From the IMG/VR virus record IMGVR_UViG_3300022744_000020, positions 124,001-188,000 of that record: a DNA stretch of 64,000 nucleotides; one strand, given 5' to 3'. The notes below the pieces were generated by a model. That model saw only the letters and a program-made list of their open reading frames with translations, did no database searches and was not told where the DNA came from. Of the stretch, positions 10,123 through 19,814 are shown in pieces (the stretch's first letter is position 1; each line of letters begins with the position of its first letter). The translations under genes and the position numbers were made by a program.

Positions 10123-10175
10123 TGTTAAAACCACATTCCAATTATTTTCAGTCACATATAACCAATGTGAATCGA
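10123..10175 (+). promoter_or_regulatory. Putative phage early promoter, copy 1
   Basis: TGTTAAAACCACATTCCAATTATTTTCAGTCACATATAACCAATGTGAATCGA; 24-mer 10152-10175 is 23/24 identical to 44168-44191; upstream part nearly identical to 44571-44602. Confidence 0.65.
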
Positions 10176-10225
10176 GTACAAATCGTGTATTTGGTCACCA
10201 CCCTCCTGATAGAAGGATTTCCCCC

Positions 10226-10429
10226 ATGTTCGCTTCCCTCACCCCGACCCAGAAGAAAGTTGCCGTTGGCGTCGCCGTTGGCGTTGTTGCTGGTGCTGCT
10301 CTCTGGTTCTTCGGCAAGGACGCCGCCGAAGCGGTCAAGGGCATGATCGCCCCGGACGCTGAAGCGCCTCCGGCTGATGCCGCCCCGACCGAAACGCCCG
10401 CACCGGAAGCTCCCGCAGCTTCCGCGTAA
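10226..10429 (+). CDS. Small single-pass membrane protein with Ala/Pro/acidic tail
   Basis: MFASLTPTQKKVAVGVAVGVVAGAALWFFGKD...; SD GAAGGA; has its own promoter and terminator. Confidence 0.7.
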   Translation: MFASLTPTQKKVAVGVAVGVVAGAALWFFGKDAAEAVKGMIAPDAEAPPADAAPTETPAPEAPAASA

Positions 10430-10456
10430 AGCATGAGCCCCAAGTGGGCTCATGCA

Positions 10457-10492
10457 AATAAGCCACCCTAGCAGGTGGCTTATTTTTTTTTG
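10457..10492. terminator. Rho-independent terminator (U-tract class)
   Basis: AATAAGCCACC / GGTGGCTTATT followed by a T run; sits between convergent genes. Confidence 0.8.
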
Positions 10493-10493
10493 T

Positions 10494-12173
10494 TCAGGCG
10501 TTCTCTCTGGCCAAGAGATAGTCCCGAAGAACTTCAAGAGTCGAGGGGAAGTTCAGCATTTCTTCACAGAACTGATTGGCGTTCACGTGACCACCACTGA
10601 GATTGATCGTATTTCTACGGACCACCTCATCCCGGTGGCCTTCCACCGAAATCAATTCCTTACGGGTTGTTCTCTTAGACGTACCCGCCACGTAGTCGTT
10701 CGTAGGGTATGCCCCCTCAACGTCCAGATCGGCTGAATTTGGCCGAATGTTCGTCCTCAAATTTGGATTCTCTTCGATGCATTGAAGACCATTGTCGAGA
10801 ATGTTTTCTGCTTCTAGTGCAGTAATCCAACCCTTAGGACTGACCGTGAGTTCATCGTCTTCCGTCTTGACCTCTGAGCCCGTGGTTCCGACCACTGCGT
10901 TCTTTTCTCTCAGCAAGAACACGTGGTGGCGATCAACCGTCCGACGCGGCTGCGAGGTCATCTTTGAGAAATCAGAGATAGCCGCAAACGTCGGAATGGA
11001 CAGTGCCAAATCCATCGTCTTCTGATCCATCAGGATCATGCCGTACGAGTCAAACAGGTGGTATGCAATGTAGTCCAGCGGAAGCTTAGACTGCATGAAT
11101 TTGTGCCAATCCAGGCCATCCAAATGCTCAGCTTGAGGATGTCTGATTTTACCGCGACCGATGGTTTTCTTCAGCAGGTGGTCAAGAGAATAGCTAGTCT
11201 CTTCTTTACCACCTTCACGAGCACGTCGGTATGCCCCACCCGAACACATCCAGTAAAATGTAGCAGGGCAGTCGACCGTGTGCCATCGATCAGTCCACTT
11301 ATATGTCATCACACGACCAGAAGCCGTGACCTTCTTAGCCGGGCCGATCTTGAATTGGAAACGACGACGATTCTTAGGAATGCTTGGATCGCAGAAAATA
11401 TCAGCGGGATCAACACCGGCTCGCTCACATGCGGCAATCATCTTCTCCATGTCGAAGAGAAGGTTGTGCGTCGCCACAAAGTCGGGCATCCACTCATGGA
11501 GTTTATTGACACACCTGCGAACGGCCTCGATCTCAGAGTCGACAATCTCGATCTCTAGCTTGACGTTGGCCTTCTTGAAATCCTCACCCAAATACTCATT
11601 AACCACCTTGTAGATCTTAGGCAAGGGATCCAGCATTCCCTGCAAGAAAGAAACATCTACCGCGCAATACATTTTGTCGTGCATGCAAACGTTCTGCATG
11701 AGGATTCGACCATGCCCGTGAATAACGTCAGTTTCTGTGTCTGATGCACAGTAGGTGTACGGCGTGAGAACATCATGCTTAGCTTTGTAATCTGCTTTGA
11801 TCAAGGCAGTGGAGCTAATGTCTGTGCCGAAGAGATACGGGCTGTTGTTGAGCTCTCTGAGCGATCCTCGGAACCAAGGGGTCTTCAAAGAGTTCGCCGC
11901 ATTACGAACCAAATCAGTTTGCGTCGTGCTGAACTCAACGCACTTGTCTTTCTCGATCCACTCTCTTTTTTGTTTGAACGTTCGGTGTCCTTGCTTGACT
12001 ACCCAGTAAGGTCTTTGATAGTCATAGACGATCTCTTTCTCAGGCACACGCGTACCGTCAGGTAAATGCCTTACCTTCTTCACAAAGTGCATGTCCCGAT
12101 GAACACCATCACCGGGGATGTGAAACGCAAATCTACACTCAACAGGAAGGTCGTTATTGGTTACTTCAGCCAT
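10494..12173 (-). CDS. Split family-B DNA polymerase, exonuclease + motif A subunit (phiKZ gp82-like)
   Basis: ExoI SDTETD, ExoII HNLLFD, ExoIII YHLFD, and PolB motif A DLDVEGAYPT near the C-terminus; motifs B and C absent. Confidence 0.8.
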   Translation of the reverse strand: MAEVTNNDLPVECRFAFHIPGDGVHRDMHFVKKVRHLPDGTRVPEKEIVYDYQRPYWVVKQGHRTFKQKREWIEKDKCVEFSTTQTDLVRNAANSLKTPWFRGSLRELNNSPYLFGTDISSTALIKADYKAKHDVLTPYTYCASDTETDVIHGHGRILMQNVCMHDKMYCAVDVSFLQGMLDPLPKIYKVVNEYLGEDFKKANVKLEIEIVDSEIEAVRRCVNKLHEWMPDFVATHNLLFDMEKMIAACERAGVDPADIFCDPSIPKNRRRFQFKIGPAKKVTASGRVMTYKWTDRWHTVDCPATFYWMCSGGAYRRAREGGKEETSYSLDHLLKKTIGRGKIRHPQAEHLDGLDWHKFMQSKLPLDYIAYHLFDSYGMILMDQKTMDLALSIPTFAAISDFSKMTSQPRRTVDRHHVFLLREKNAVVGTTGSEVKTEDDELTVSPKGWITALEAENILDNGLQCIEENPNLRTNIRPNSADLDVEGAYPTNDYVAGTSKRTTRKELISVEGHRDEVVRRNTINLSGGHVNANQFCEEMLNFPSTLEVLRDYLLARENA

Positions 12174-12329
12174 GGTGCTTGTTCGTTGTTGGTTAGAGGG
12201 TGTTTAGACTTGAATCTTTTGATTACTCTGAAGTCAGAAGTCAGACAGACGACTGTGTAGAGAATGTTCGGGTCCCCTCACACGTTATTGTGTTTGTGGG
12301 TTATTTTTCTAGTCTTTCTTGGGTGTTCT

Positions 12330-13694
12330 GTGTATACTCTTCGTACTCTGGCTGCTTCGAATGAAGCCATTGCCTACCAAACCGATAGCTTCTTTCGCGC
12401 TCTGACTGAAGCTTTCCAAGACATTTATGCCAATAAAGGCAGCATCAGTAAGGACAAGTTGGAGTTCTTCAAGGACGACCGGGTTCAGAGACTGGCGCAA
12501 ATCATCGATACCTATACCAATCTCAAAGTGGATATGAAGGAGGGGGATTTTGCGTGTGTGCCCAATCGAATGGCGGATGGGAGTGTTATCGGGCCGAAGG
12601 ACGATAGATGGATCATGCAAATAGCAACTCGACTGGTTCCTTTCTTAGGGAAGAACGAAGCAGTCGAACAAATCAAAGCGATAGGTAAGAATTTCGTAGT
12701 GGGTCATGTGGATTTGAAAAATGCCAAAGTCCGAGGCGTGTTCTCCGAGATCATTTCTCTTCTTTTTTTCCCTCGAGATGCGCTAACTAGCGGATACTTC
12801 ACCCCAGAAGAATTAGCGGCCATTACTTTACACGAAGTGGGCCACCTCTTCACTCACATGGAGTACCTGGACCGGCTGATTGGAACCAACCAATCGATTG
12901 CTTGTCTGCTTCGTGTGCTCAACGACACCACTGACGATCAGGAACGTACGTTGATTTTCCACGAGTATGGCCGAGCCGTGGAGATGACCAAAGAAGACGA
13001 GGAAAAACTCGTAGGGGCCAAAGACCCCCTGACCATCACCATGATTGTGGCAAATCACTTCGAAGGAAAGATCAAGTCTGACTTCGGTCTCAGTGATTAC
13101 GACAGCGTGAATAGTGAGTTTTTGGCCGATCAGTTTTCTACGCGCTGTGGCGCTGGGGTTCACATCGTCACTGGGCTGGACAAGTTGATGAAGTCCACCT
13201 ACGGTGCTTACTACACGGATGGCGGTGTGGGAGAACACATTCCCCGGGCGTGGATTTTGCTGATTTTGGCGATGTGTGTCGGCATGTTGAAGATGGCTAT
13301 TTTCATTGTCGCCATGGCCAATTTCCCCATCATTGGCGGTTTGATTGCCATCATGCTGATGGTGTTCGGAGCGGACAATACCGATACATACGACCGGGCT
13401 CATGAGCGATTTGACCGAGTGCGGCAACAAAACACGGAACGACTGAAAGACCGTGGTCTCGCGCCAGAACTCCGAAACGTTCTGATTTCTCAAAACGAGA
13501 CCATTGACAAAATCAATGAAACTTGGCTGGATTCCAAGTTTGAAGCCGAACAGCCTGACTTCATTCAGGTTTTGGCAAAAATTATTCGTCCTAAGTATCG
13601 GGCCGAGAATGAATTCCGAATCTTGCAGATCCAACTGCAAGAGATCGCTTTCAATCGGATGTTCGACCGTGCTGCAAAGCTACGTCAGATTTAA
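12330..13694 (+). CDS. Virion protein with M48-like HExxH zinc metalloprotease motif (phiKZ gp83/84-like)
   Basis: LHEVGHLF, EFLADQFSTRCG, C-terminal hydrophobic segment; GTG start at 12330 chosen by alignment with the paralog N-terminus. Confidence 0.65.
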   Translation: MYTLRTLAASNEAIAYQTDSFFRALTEAFQDIYANKGSISKDKLEFFKDDRVQRLAQIIDTYTNLKVDMKEGDFACVPNRMADGSVIGPKDDRWIMQIATRLVPFLGKNEAVEQIKAIGKNFVVGHVDLKNAKVRGVFSEIISLLFFPRDALTSGYFTPEELAAITLHEVGHLFTHMEYLDRLIGTNQSIACLLRVLNDTTDDQERTLIFHEYGRAVEMTKEDEEKLVGAKDPLTITMIVANHFEGKIKSDFGLSDYDSVNSEFLADQFSTRCGAGVHIVTGLDKLMKSTYGAYYTDGGVGEHIPRAWILLILAMCVGMLKMAIFIVAMANFPIIGGLIAIMLMVFGADNTDTYDRAHERFDRVRQQNTERLKDRGLAPELRNVLISQNETIDKINETWLDSKFEAEQPDFIQVLAKIIRPKYRAENEFRILQIQLQEIAFNRMFDRAAKLRQI

Positions 13695-13706
13695 AGAGAT
13701 ACAACC

Positions 13707-14999
13707 ATGTCGAACAAACTAAGTTTGGAAATGATCGCTTTTCAGGCCGATGCATTCCACCGAGAGCTGACGAAAAAGATTTCTCAGATTCGCCAAAGCC
13801 GCAGAGAAATCTTTGGCTTAGGTCGGGATTGGGCCACCCACAGCCTCTTCCAAGAAATTGAGAAAATGGTCAAAGAAAGATTCGGCATCTTTCTGATCGT
13901 CTCAGATAACGAACAGATGGGCCCAGCCATCACAATGCCGTATCTGAGTCGAGGACATGTCTTTCACGAAAAGAGAAGTCGTTGGAGCGTGGGAGATGAC
14001 GACAGTGAAAACTTCCGCAACAAAGATCAGCTTGTGAGCATCTTCCAGAAGCACCTTGCAGGCATCAATCAGAGAACAGCCTACGGAGAGATCGATTTCG
14101 AGAAAGCCAAGCTCACAGGGGTGTTTAACGACATCTGGAGCATCCTCTGGGTTCAGAAGTGGTTTGTCTTCCATCCCGATCTGACGGCGGCGGAAATCTC
14201 GGCGATTTGGCATCATGAGTTCGGTCACGTCTTCACCGGTTACGCTATGTTGGACCGAATGACCACGACCAACATGAACCTGAGTCTGCTCACGCATGCA
14301 CTGAATGGGGCCGATCAAAAATCCAAAGAGATTTGCCTCACTTACGCTTCCGAGGTTTTGGAGCTGGATGACAAGGCACGCGACAATCTGATGAAGAGTA
14401 AAACTTCGGAAGAAATGGCGTTGATCCTTTTCGATGCAGACGGGAAGAAAGCCAAATCAGAACTCGGTATCAGCCCGTATGACCTCAACGCCTGCGAGTG
14501 GCTGGCCGACCAATTTGCTACTCGTTGTGGTTGCGGCAAGGATCTGATCACGGGTTTGGACAAACTGATGAAGTTCAGCTCTGGGTCGTCTATGGCTGAA
14601 GACGTGACGGTTTTCCTGTTCCTCAGTTTTATCACCATGGGGATCGCCGTTCCGCTGTATATTTTCTCTTGGGTTGCCAAAATCCTGAGTTTTGACAAAC
14701 ACAAGGAAGAGTACGACCGAGACAAATCTCGAATGATTCGCGTCATGCGCGATCAGATCGAACTGCTCAAGAATCAGAATCTTCCTCCCGAGGTGCGAAA
14801 GTCTGCACTTCTGGCCATCGGTGAGATCAACAAGATCCAACAGGTCTATACCGACAACGTCGGTATTCTGGAATCCATTGCTTTGTTCTTGAGAAAAGAA
14901 TACCGCACCCAGAAAGACTTTGAAGTCTTGCAAAAATCACTGCATGATCTGGCAGCGAATGATCTCTTCGTGTCATCCGCTAAACTGAAATCTATCTGA
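13707..14999 (+). CDS. Paralogous virion HExxH protein
   Basis: WHHEFGHVF, EWLADQFATRCG, transmembrane-like segment; collinear with the previous gene. Confidence 0.65.
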   Translation: MSNKLSLEMIAFQADAFHRELTKKISQIRQSRREIFGLGRDWATHSLFQEIEKMVKERFGIFLIVSDNEQMGPAITMPYLSRGHVFHEKRSRWSVGDDDSENFRNKDQLVSIFQKHLAGINQRTAYGEIDFEKAKLTGVFNDIWSILWVQKWFVFHPDLTAAEISAIWHHEFGHVFTGYAMLDRMTTTNMNLSLLTHALNGADQKSKEICLTYASEVLELDDKARDNLMKSKTSEEMALILFDADGKKAKSELGISPYDLNACEWLADQFATRCGCGKDLITGLDKLMKFSSGSSMAEDVTVFLFLSFITMGIAVPLYIFSWVAKILSFDKHKEEYDRDKSRMIRVMRDQIELLKNQNLPPEVRKSALLAIGEINKIQQVYTDNVGILESIALFLRKEYRTQKDFEVLQKSLHDLAANDLFVSSAKLKSI

Positions 15000-15009
15000 A
15001 AGCATCGCC

Positions 15010-15468
15010 ATGAACTTGAAAGTACAAGAATTTGCATCGTTCGTCCGTGAGAAGGTGAACTCGTCCGGCAATCAGCGTCAAGCCATTGCTGCAATTCTGG
15101 GTGTCTCCATCGGACTGTCCCTGAGTGTTCCGTCCTCCCAGACGGAACATATCCCTTCGGCCTGGGATCGCTCCCAGGCCAATGTCGCGGATCGATACAT
15201 CTCGGTCTTCAACGAAGCGGCACCGATGGACATCGATGTGGCCCGAGAAATTGCTCGGGCTATTTGGATGACCCGAGCCACCGCTGCACAACCGGAGTCG
15301 CTACTCATCGTGAGTCCAAAGGGCGAATCGTCCTTTATGGAAAAGCTGTTCGGATACGAACAGTACCTTGGCAAGAACTACCAGGACTACCTTGAAAACA
15401 ACAAGGAAATCTTCCTGGTTTGCATCAACCGCGCGCGCGGCCTGATTCCCACGCTCGACATTTCCTGA
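15010..15468 (+). CDS. Hypothetical protein
   Basis: 152-aa ORF in an operon-like arrangement. Confidence 0.55.
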   Translation: MNLKVQEFASFVREKVNSSGNQRQAIAAILGVSIGLSLSVPSSQTEHIPSAWDRSQANVADRYISVFNEAAPMDIDVAREIARAIWMTRATAAQPESLLIVSPKGESSFMEKLFGYEQYLGKNYQDYLENNKEIFLVCINRARGLIPTLDIS

Positions 15469-15481
15469 GAAGGCACTCCAG

Positions 15482-15844
15482 ATGAGTTTGACTTCGATTG
15501 TTCGAATCTCCAAGCGTCCTTTCGTCAAGCGTCGCGATGACGGACTACTGGACGTCTCCGGACTGAGCAAAGCTCAGGTTCTCCAGACCCTCTACAACAG
15601 TTCTCGGGTAGACCCTGAGACCGTCGGAGTCCTGGTAGACAAGCCGCTCTCACTGGCTGAGGCCGAGCGATGCATCCAAGAGGCTGGAGATGATCTGGTG
15701 TTCTTGGTGTTGTTTACGAGATACGTGATGGCTGATCTCTCCGGGGATTTGCTTGATCCCAGCTCGTACGACGAAGCCAATGGACCCAATGCGGGTCGTC
15801 GAGCCATTGAATTGATTCGTCCTGCCGAAGTGGTTTGGAAGTAA
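15482..15844 (+). CDS. Hypothetical protein, paralog of 49563-49949
   Basis: LDVSGLSKAQVLQTLYNSS...DLSGDLLDPSSYDEANG aligns with VNIAGLDKAELLMRAFNAS...DISGNEVRTYAYNRDVG. Confidence 0.65.
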   Translation: MSLTSIVRISKRPFVKRRDDGLLDVSGLSKAQVLQTLYNSSRVDPETVGVLVDKPLSLAEAERCIQEAGDDLVFLVLFTRYVMADLSGDLLDPSSYDEANGPNAGRRAIELIRPAEVVWK

Positions 15845-15853
15845 TCAAGCAAC

Positions 15854-15888
15854 ATACACCCACCCCCTATTCGCAGGGGGTGGGTGTA
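15854..15888. terminator. Long-stem hairpin
   Basis: ATACACCCACCCC / GGGGTGGGTGTAT; TATG at the base on the minus strand; T-rich downstream on the plus strand. Confidence 0.7.
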
Positions 15889-15972
15889 TAGTTTATTCTT
15901 TTAGTTTTTCATCTTTTGGTACTGAGAATTTCCAAAGCTTTAACAAATTAAAAACTCCGGAGTGTCCCCATC

Positions 15973-16365
15973 ATGGCAAATGCAAAAGACCTGCTTCAAT
16001 CCAGTGAGGAAGTCATTGCCCACGCAATGCTTCAAATCGCTAAAGGCATTGAACAGACCGATCGACATCTGATCTCTGAGAAATTTGGCATCTTAAACGA
16101 CGATCGCGCCGCTCGTTTAATTGATGTACACCAGCGCGTTTTCCTGATGGAAAACGACAAACATTACTTCTGGTCCGACTGCGAACATTTCGGACGAAAA
16201 CAACTGGGAGAACACTACCACCTAGTCAAGAAAATCTTCCCCGAGGCGACCACCTACGAAGAAGGACTTGCATGGATTCAGAAAGAAAACGATAAGCGAA
16301 AGCACAAGGAAAGAATCGATTCAAACGAGGAGTTGGCACTTATCGTGTCCAGGAAGAAAAGGTGA
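15973..16365 (+). CDS. Hypothetical protein
   Basis: 130-aa ORF with GGAG upstream. Confidence 0.6.
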   Translation: MANAKDLLQSSEEVIAHAMLQIAKGIEQTDRHLISEKFGILNDDRAARLIDVHQRVFLMENDKHYFWSDCEHFGRKQLGEHYHLVKKIFPEATTYEEGLAWIQKENDKRKHKERIDSNEELALIVSRKKR

Positions 16366-16420
16366 GGGAGAAGCGGTGTTCAAACCTTAGCTTTTCCCCA
16401 CCCCCGGACCTGAATGGAAA

Positions 16421-16828
16421 GTGCCTGCTCTTATGGCCTTAACTCCTATTGTAGAAGTTGGAAACAAGATGTGTCAATGCGATGACTTCACCACGATCAA
16501 TGTTCCGGGGGGGATTGTCCTGCTCGTGGTGAACAATCAAGCTCTGTCGAATCCGGCCATTCGGCTGATGCTCGTCAACCACACGGTACTCCAAGTAACC
16601 GCCAACAGTACGGTCTTCATGAAAACGAAAATACCACCGAGCAAAACGGTGGTGTTGAATGCCCCCACCTTGACGGACAAGGTGGATTTGGCCCGATCAA
16701 ATTGTTGGTCTGATCGGCTGCGCAGTAAGTTCAAGTGCGGATGGACTGTACCAATCCTTGGCCTTTCGGCTTTGGTCCTGATAGAGTTCGCCAGACTGAT
16801 CGTTGAGGTGAGCCACCGTCACTTGTAA
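16421..16828 (+). CDS. Hypothetical protein with C-terminal hydrophobic segment
   Basis: Fills the gap and ends just before a hairpin; start uncertain. Confidence 0.4.
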   Translation: MPALMALTPIVEVGNKMCQCDDFTTINVPGGIVLLVVNNQALSNPAIRLMLVNHTVLQVTANSTVFMKTKIPPSKTVVLNAPTLTDKVDLARSNCWSDRLRSKFKCGWTVPILGLSALVLIEFARLIVEVSHRHL

Positions 16829-16833
16829 AAGTA

Positions 16834-16869
16834 GAGTACGAGCATGGCCTTTCGACCATGCTCGTACTC
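16834..16869. terminator. Hairpin between convergent genes
   Basis: GAGTACGAGCATGG / CCATGCTCGTACTC, 14 bp. Confidence 0.75.
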
Positions 16870-16886
16870 CATGCTTTTCAAGTCAC

Positions 16887-19814
16887 TTAGACTTCGCTTC
16901 CGTGCCTGACGAAAGTAACAGTAATGTCTTCTTCGACCACAAGCAGACGATCGGATCTCATTGCCAATCGCTTACGAATAGAACATCTGGATTGCTCATC
17001 CAAAACCGTGAATGCCGGCTGATCCGTCGAGGCGACTACTCCAAGCCCGCTGATGTTCGCATCGATCACGTCAGTCGAGTAGCTCTCTAGAAGTTTGGCC
17101 TGCATTTGCGAGGCACTGACAACCGCCTTCTTGAGCTCCTGGTCAATCACTCGAATTGTTTTGGAGGTCAGTGCTTCCTTCAAAGACTCGTCCTGCATCG
17201 TAGAGGGAGGAACCGTCAATTTGATCTTGAGCGATTGTCCGGCATTGATGATGGCTCTCGAGTTGTCTGCCGAAATGACTGACAGGGTACCTGAATTGAC
17301 CCGAGGGTAGAAGAAGATCTTAGTTTGGTCAAGAAGCTTACCCTGATAAGAGGGCACTTCGTTGATGATCCACTCCAAAAGGAACTCGGCAATTCTCCGA
17401 CGATAGTCCACCACCGATGGAGCTGTGGCGAAGTGATAAACACCCTCCACCGTCATGATGTCGCAGAATCTTTGAATTTTTCGGTGCATTCCATTAACAA
17501 GCACCGGCTGATCATACTGGTCGTAGACCACGTCTCCCTTTGCGTGCTTGATCAGCGGTTTTCCGTCCGTTCCATATTTGACCTGTCCTTTGTAGTTGAC
17601 GATGTTGTATTGCAGCTTATCGTCCACGACAGAGAAAATTGATCCGGTCTGAGGATCTACGGCGTATTCGTCTTTTTCGTAAACATCAACGATGTCAGTG
17701 TCGTAGAGTTGGTATTCCAAGGACCCCAACGAAGAACGAGAAGCAGCCCACAGGAACTTCAACGGATCTCCAAATTTCAGGGTGATCTTTTCATGGGAGA
17801 TTCCTCGTGCTGAGAGACCCAGTTGAAAGTTACCCATCAGGTCATCGATTCCACTCTTCTTGAATCCCGCTGGCAATTCGGTCGTCGTGCCGAACACAAT
17901 GTCGAACTCTTGAGTCAAATCGCAAGAGATCAAGATGCCGCTTTGCTCATTGGTCAAAGAAGTCAGGTAGAGCTTGTCGTTGACATCGATATCGAAATTG
18001 CTGTCGATGTTGAAGATGAATGTACGCTCCCCGCCCGGTGCCATTCGAGACTGCACCCCATACAAGAACACCCGAGTATTCTTACTTTGCGATACAAACG
18101 AGAGCTGACAAAAAACCTCTTCGTCTGGAAGTTTTCTGTAATCGCTTCCGCTAGAAGTGATCAGACTGAGACTGTAGCCCGAGCTTGTACGAGTCAGCTC
18201 GTAACTTGGAGAGACACTAACCTGCAAGTGGGTGGTTGGGTTTTCCTCCACGAAATTCTTGCTAATCAGTTTCGGATTATCCAGGTAATATGGCCGAATC
18301 TCGAAAGCTTCATTTGTCGCGTCGAACACATACGCAAACGGGGAATAGCTGTACCGCCCTTCCGTGACGTGGCGGCATCGGCTAACAGAATCCATCGACA
18401 AGATCTTGCGATAGTTAGCTTTTGATACCGGGATGCTTACCCCATCCGTCGTCTGGTAGAGAGCCGAAGATTGCAGTGTGATTCGGTCCCCGTTGTCGTA
18501 CGCGTCTTGAGCCAGAGCCAACTCAGCCATCGTGGTGTTGATGGTGAGCATTTGGGAAGAGGCCGCGGTCAAAACCCGAACGTCAGAAGCCGTAGGCATG
18601 GGCTTCGTTGCCCAGTAGACGCGGTTGGTCAAACTGTCAACGTGCAGAACGACGCTGTAGCCTGCATCCGCCAGGTTTGCCTGCATCTGAACGGAAGTAA
18701 TCGGGAGATCTTGAACACCAGTAGAGCTGGATTTCACTCGGGTCTTGAGTTCTTGAAAGCTCAGAGATGATCTTCCACCAGATACTCTGGACTGGCTGTA
18801 GGTCACAACAGAGCTGAGTGACAGCGTTGCGGACACGTACTTATCGTAATCGTTCGAATCCGTGGAGTGCCAACCGACTTCGTATTGATCGATCGGATAT
18901 TCTCCCAGAGCGATGTCCAAAGGCCCCTTGGTCTGGTAGAGATCAATTCTCAACTTGCCAGAAACCAAACCTGAAGAAATGTAGACGATTGGAATACTTA
19001 CGCTGACTTGACCTGCCAAAACCTTGATAACTGCAGTCGCCGTCAATGGATCAAACAACTGCTGGTTGTGGGTGGTCAGAATTTCGGTCCAAGACAGATC
19101 GTCTTTCTGAAGGAAGCAGCGGATGTGGTAGAACTGATCCGTCAGGCTGACGGTCGTTTTCATCCCGGATGCCATGGAGATGTCCATGTACGACGTGCTG
19201 ATGAAGAACTGCTTCACTAGAACATCGAACGTAATCCACTGGATCCCAGCAGAATCCGTGACTTCCTTGAAAGGTAGGATGTTCGTTCCCAGCTTTTCCA
19301 GAGGAGACGGTTTGTCGTTGAGGTAGACAATCTGGTATCCGCCGTACGAAAACCTTCGGATCTCGATAGGGTACTGCAGACTGAAGGTAATGCCCGCGAT
19401 CTTGAAGTAACTGTTACGAGGAATAACGATTCGCTCGTAATCTTCGTTGGGGTCGTAGATGACGGCCTCGGCCAATTCATTTTTTGCAAACACCAACGTA
19501 AACATCGCCGAAGCTGGTGTCGAAAAACGATTGATGTAGTCTTTGTCCGACATGTGTCGGTATAAATCATCTTCTTCAACCGCACACAGAGCGTACATGG
19601 CTCTGGTGTTAGCGGCATTCTCCTGCATGAACGCGGCCACGTTGATGGCCGTGTTCTCTATGCCGTAAACGAAAGGATTGGTTGCCCCCACAATGTTAAT
19701 TTCACCATTGTGGATTCTTTCGGCGGCTCCAATCGCTGTTTGAAAAATGCGACCAGGGTTGTAACGATAGTCGAGAACCTCGCCCACGAGGTCGGAAACG
19801 GTCAGATCGCTCAC
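16887..19814 (-). CDS. Large virion structural protein (phiKZ gp87-like, possibly baseplate)
   Basis: 975 aa; position in the conserved structural block between the HExxH pair and the head genes. Confidence 0.6.
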   Translation of the reverse strand: MSDLTVSDLVGEVLDYRYNPGRIFQTAIGAAERIHNGEINIVGATNPFVYGIENTAINVAAFMQENAANTRAMYALCAVEEDDLYRHMSDKDYINRFSTPASAMFTLVFAKNELAEAVIYDPNEDYERIVIPRNSYFKIAGITFSLQYPIEIRRFSYGGYQIVYLNDKPSPLEKLGTNILPFKEVTDSAGIQWITFDVLVKQFFISTSYMDISMASGMKTTVSLTDQFYHIRCFLQKDDLSWTEILTTHNQQLFDPLTATAVIKVLAGQVSVSIPIVYISSGLVSGKLRIDLYQTKGPLDIALGEYPIDQYEVGWHSTDSNDYDKYVSATLSLSSVVTYSQSRVSGGRSSLSFQELKTRVKSSSTGVQDLPITSVQMQANLADAGYSVVLHVDSLTNRVYWATKPMPTASDVRVLTAASSQMLTINTTMAELALAQDAYDNGDRITLQSSALYQTTDGVSIPVSKANYRKILSMDSVSRCRHVTEGRYSYSPFAYVFDATNEAFEIRPYYLDNPKLISKNFVEENPTTHLQVSVSPSYELTRTSSGYSLSLITSSGSDYRKLPDEEVFCQLSFVSQSKNTRVFLYGVQSRMAPGGERTFIFNIDSNFDIDVNDKLYLTSLTNEQSGILISCDLTQEFDIVFGTTTELPAGFKKSGIDDLMGNFQLGLSARGISHEKITLKFGDPLKFLWAASRSSLGSLEYQLYDTDIVDVYEKDEYAVDPQTGSIFSVVDDKLQYNIVNYKGQVKYGTDGKPLIKHAKGDVVYDQYDQPVLVNGMHRKIQRFCDIMTVEGVYHFATAPSVVDYRRRIAEFLLEWIINEVPSYQGKLLDQTKIFFYPRVNSGTLSVISADNSRAIINAGQSLKIKLTVPPSTMQDESLKEALTSKTIRVIDQELKKAVVSASQMQAKLLESYSTDVIDANISGLGVVASTDQPAFTVLDEQSRCSIRKRLAMRSDRLLVVEEDITVTFVRHGSEV

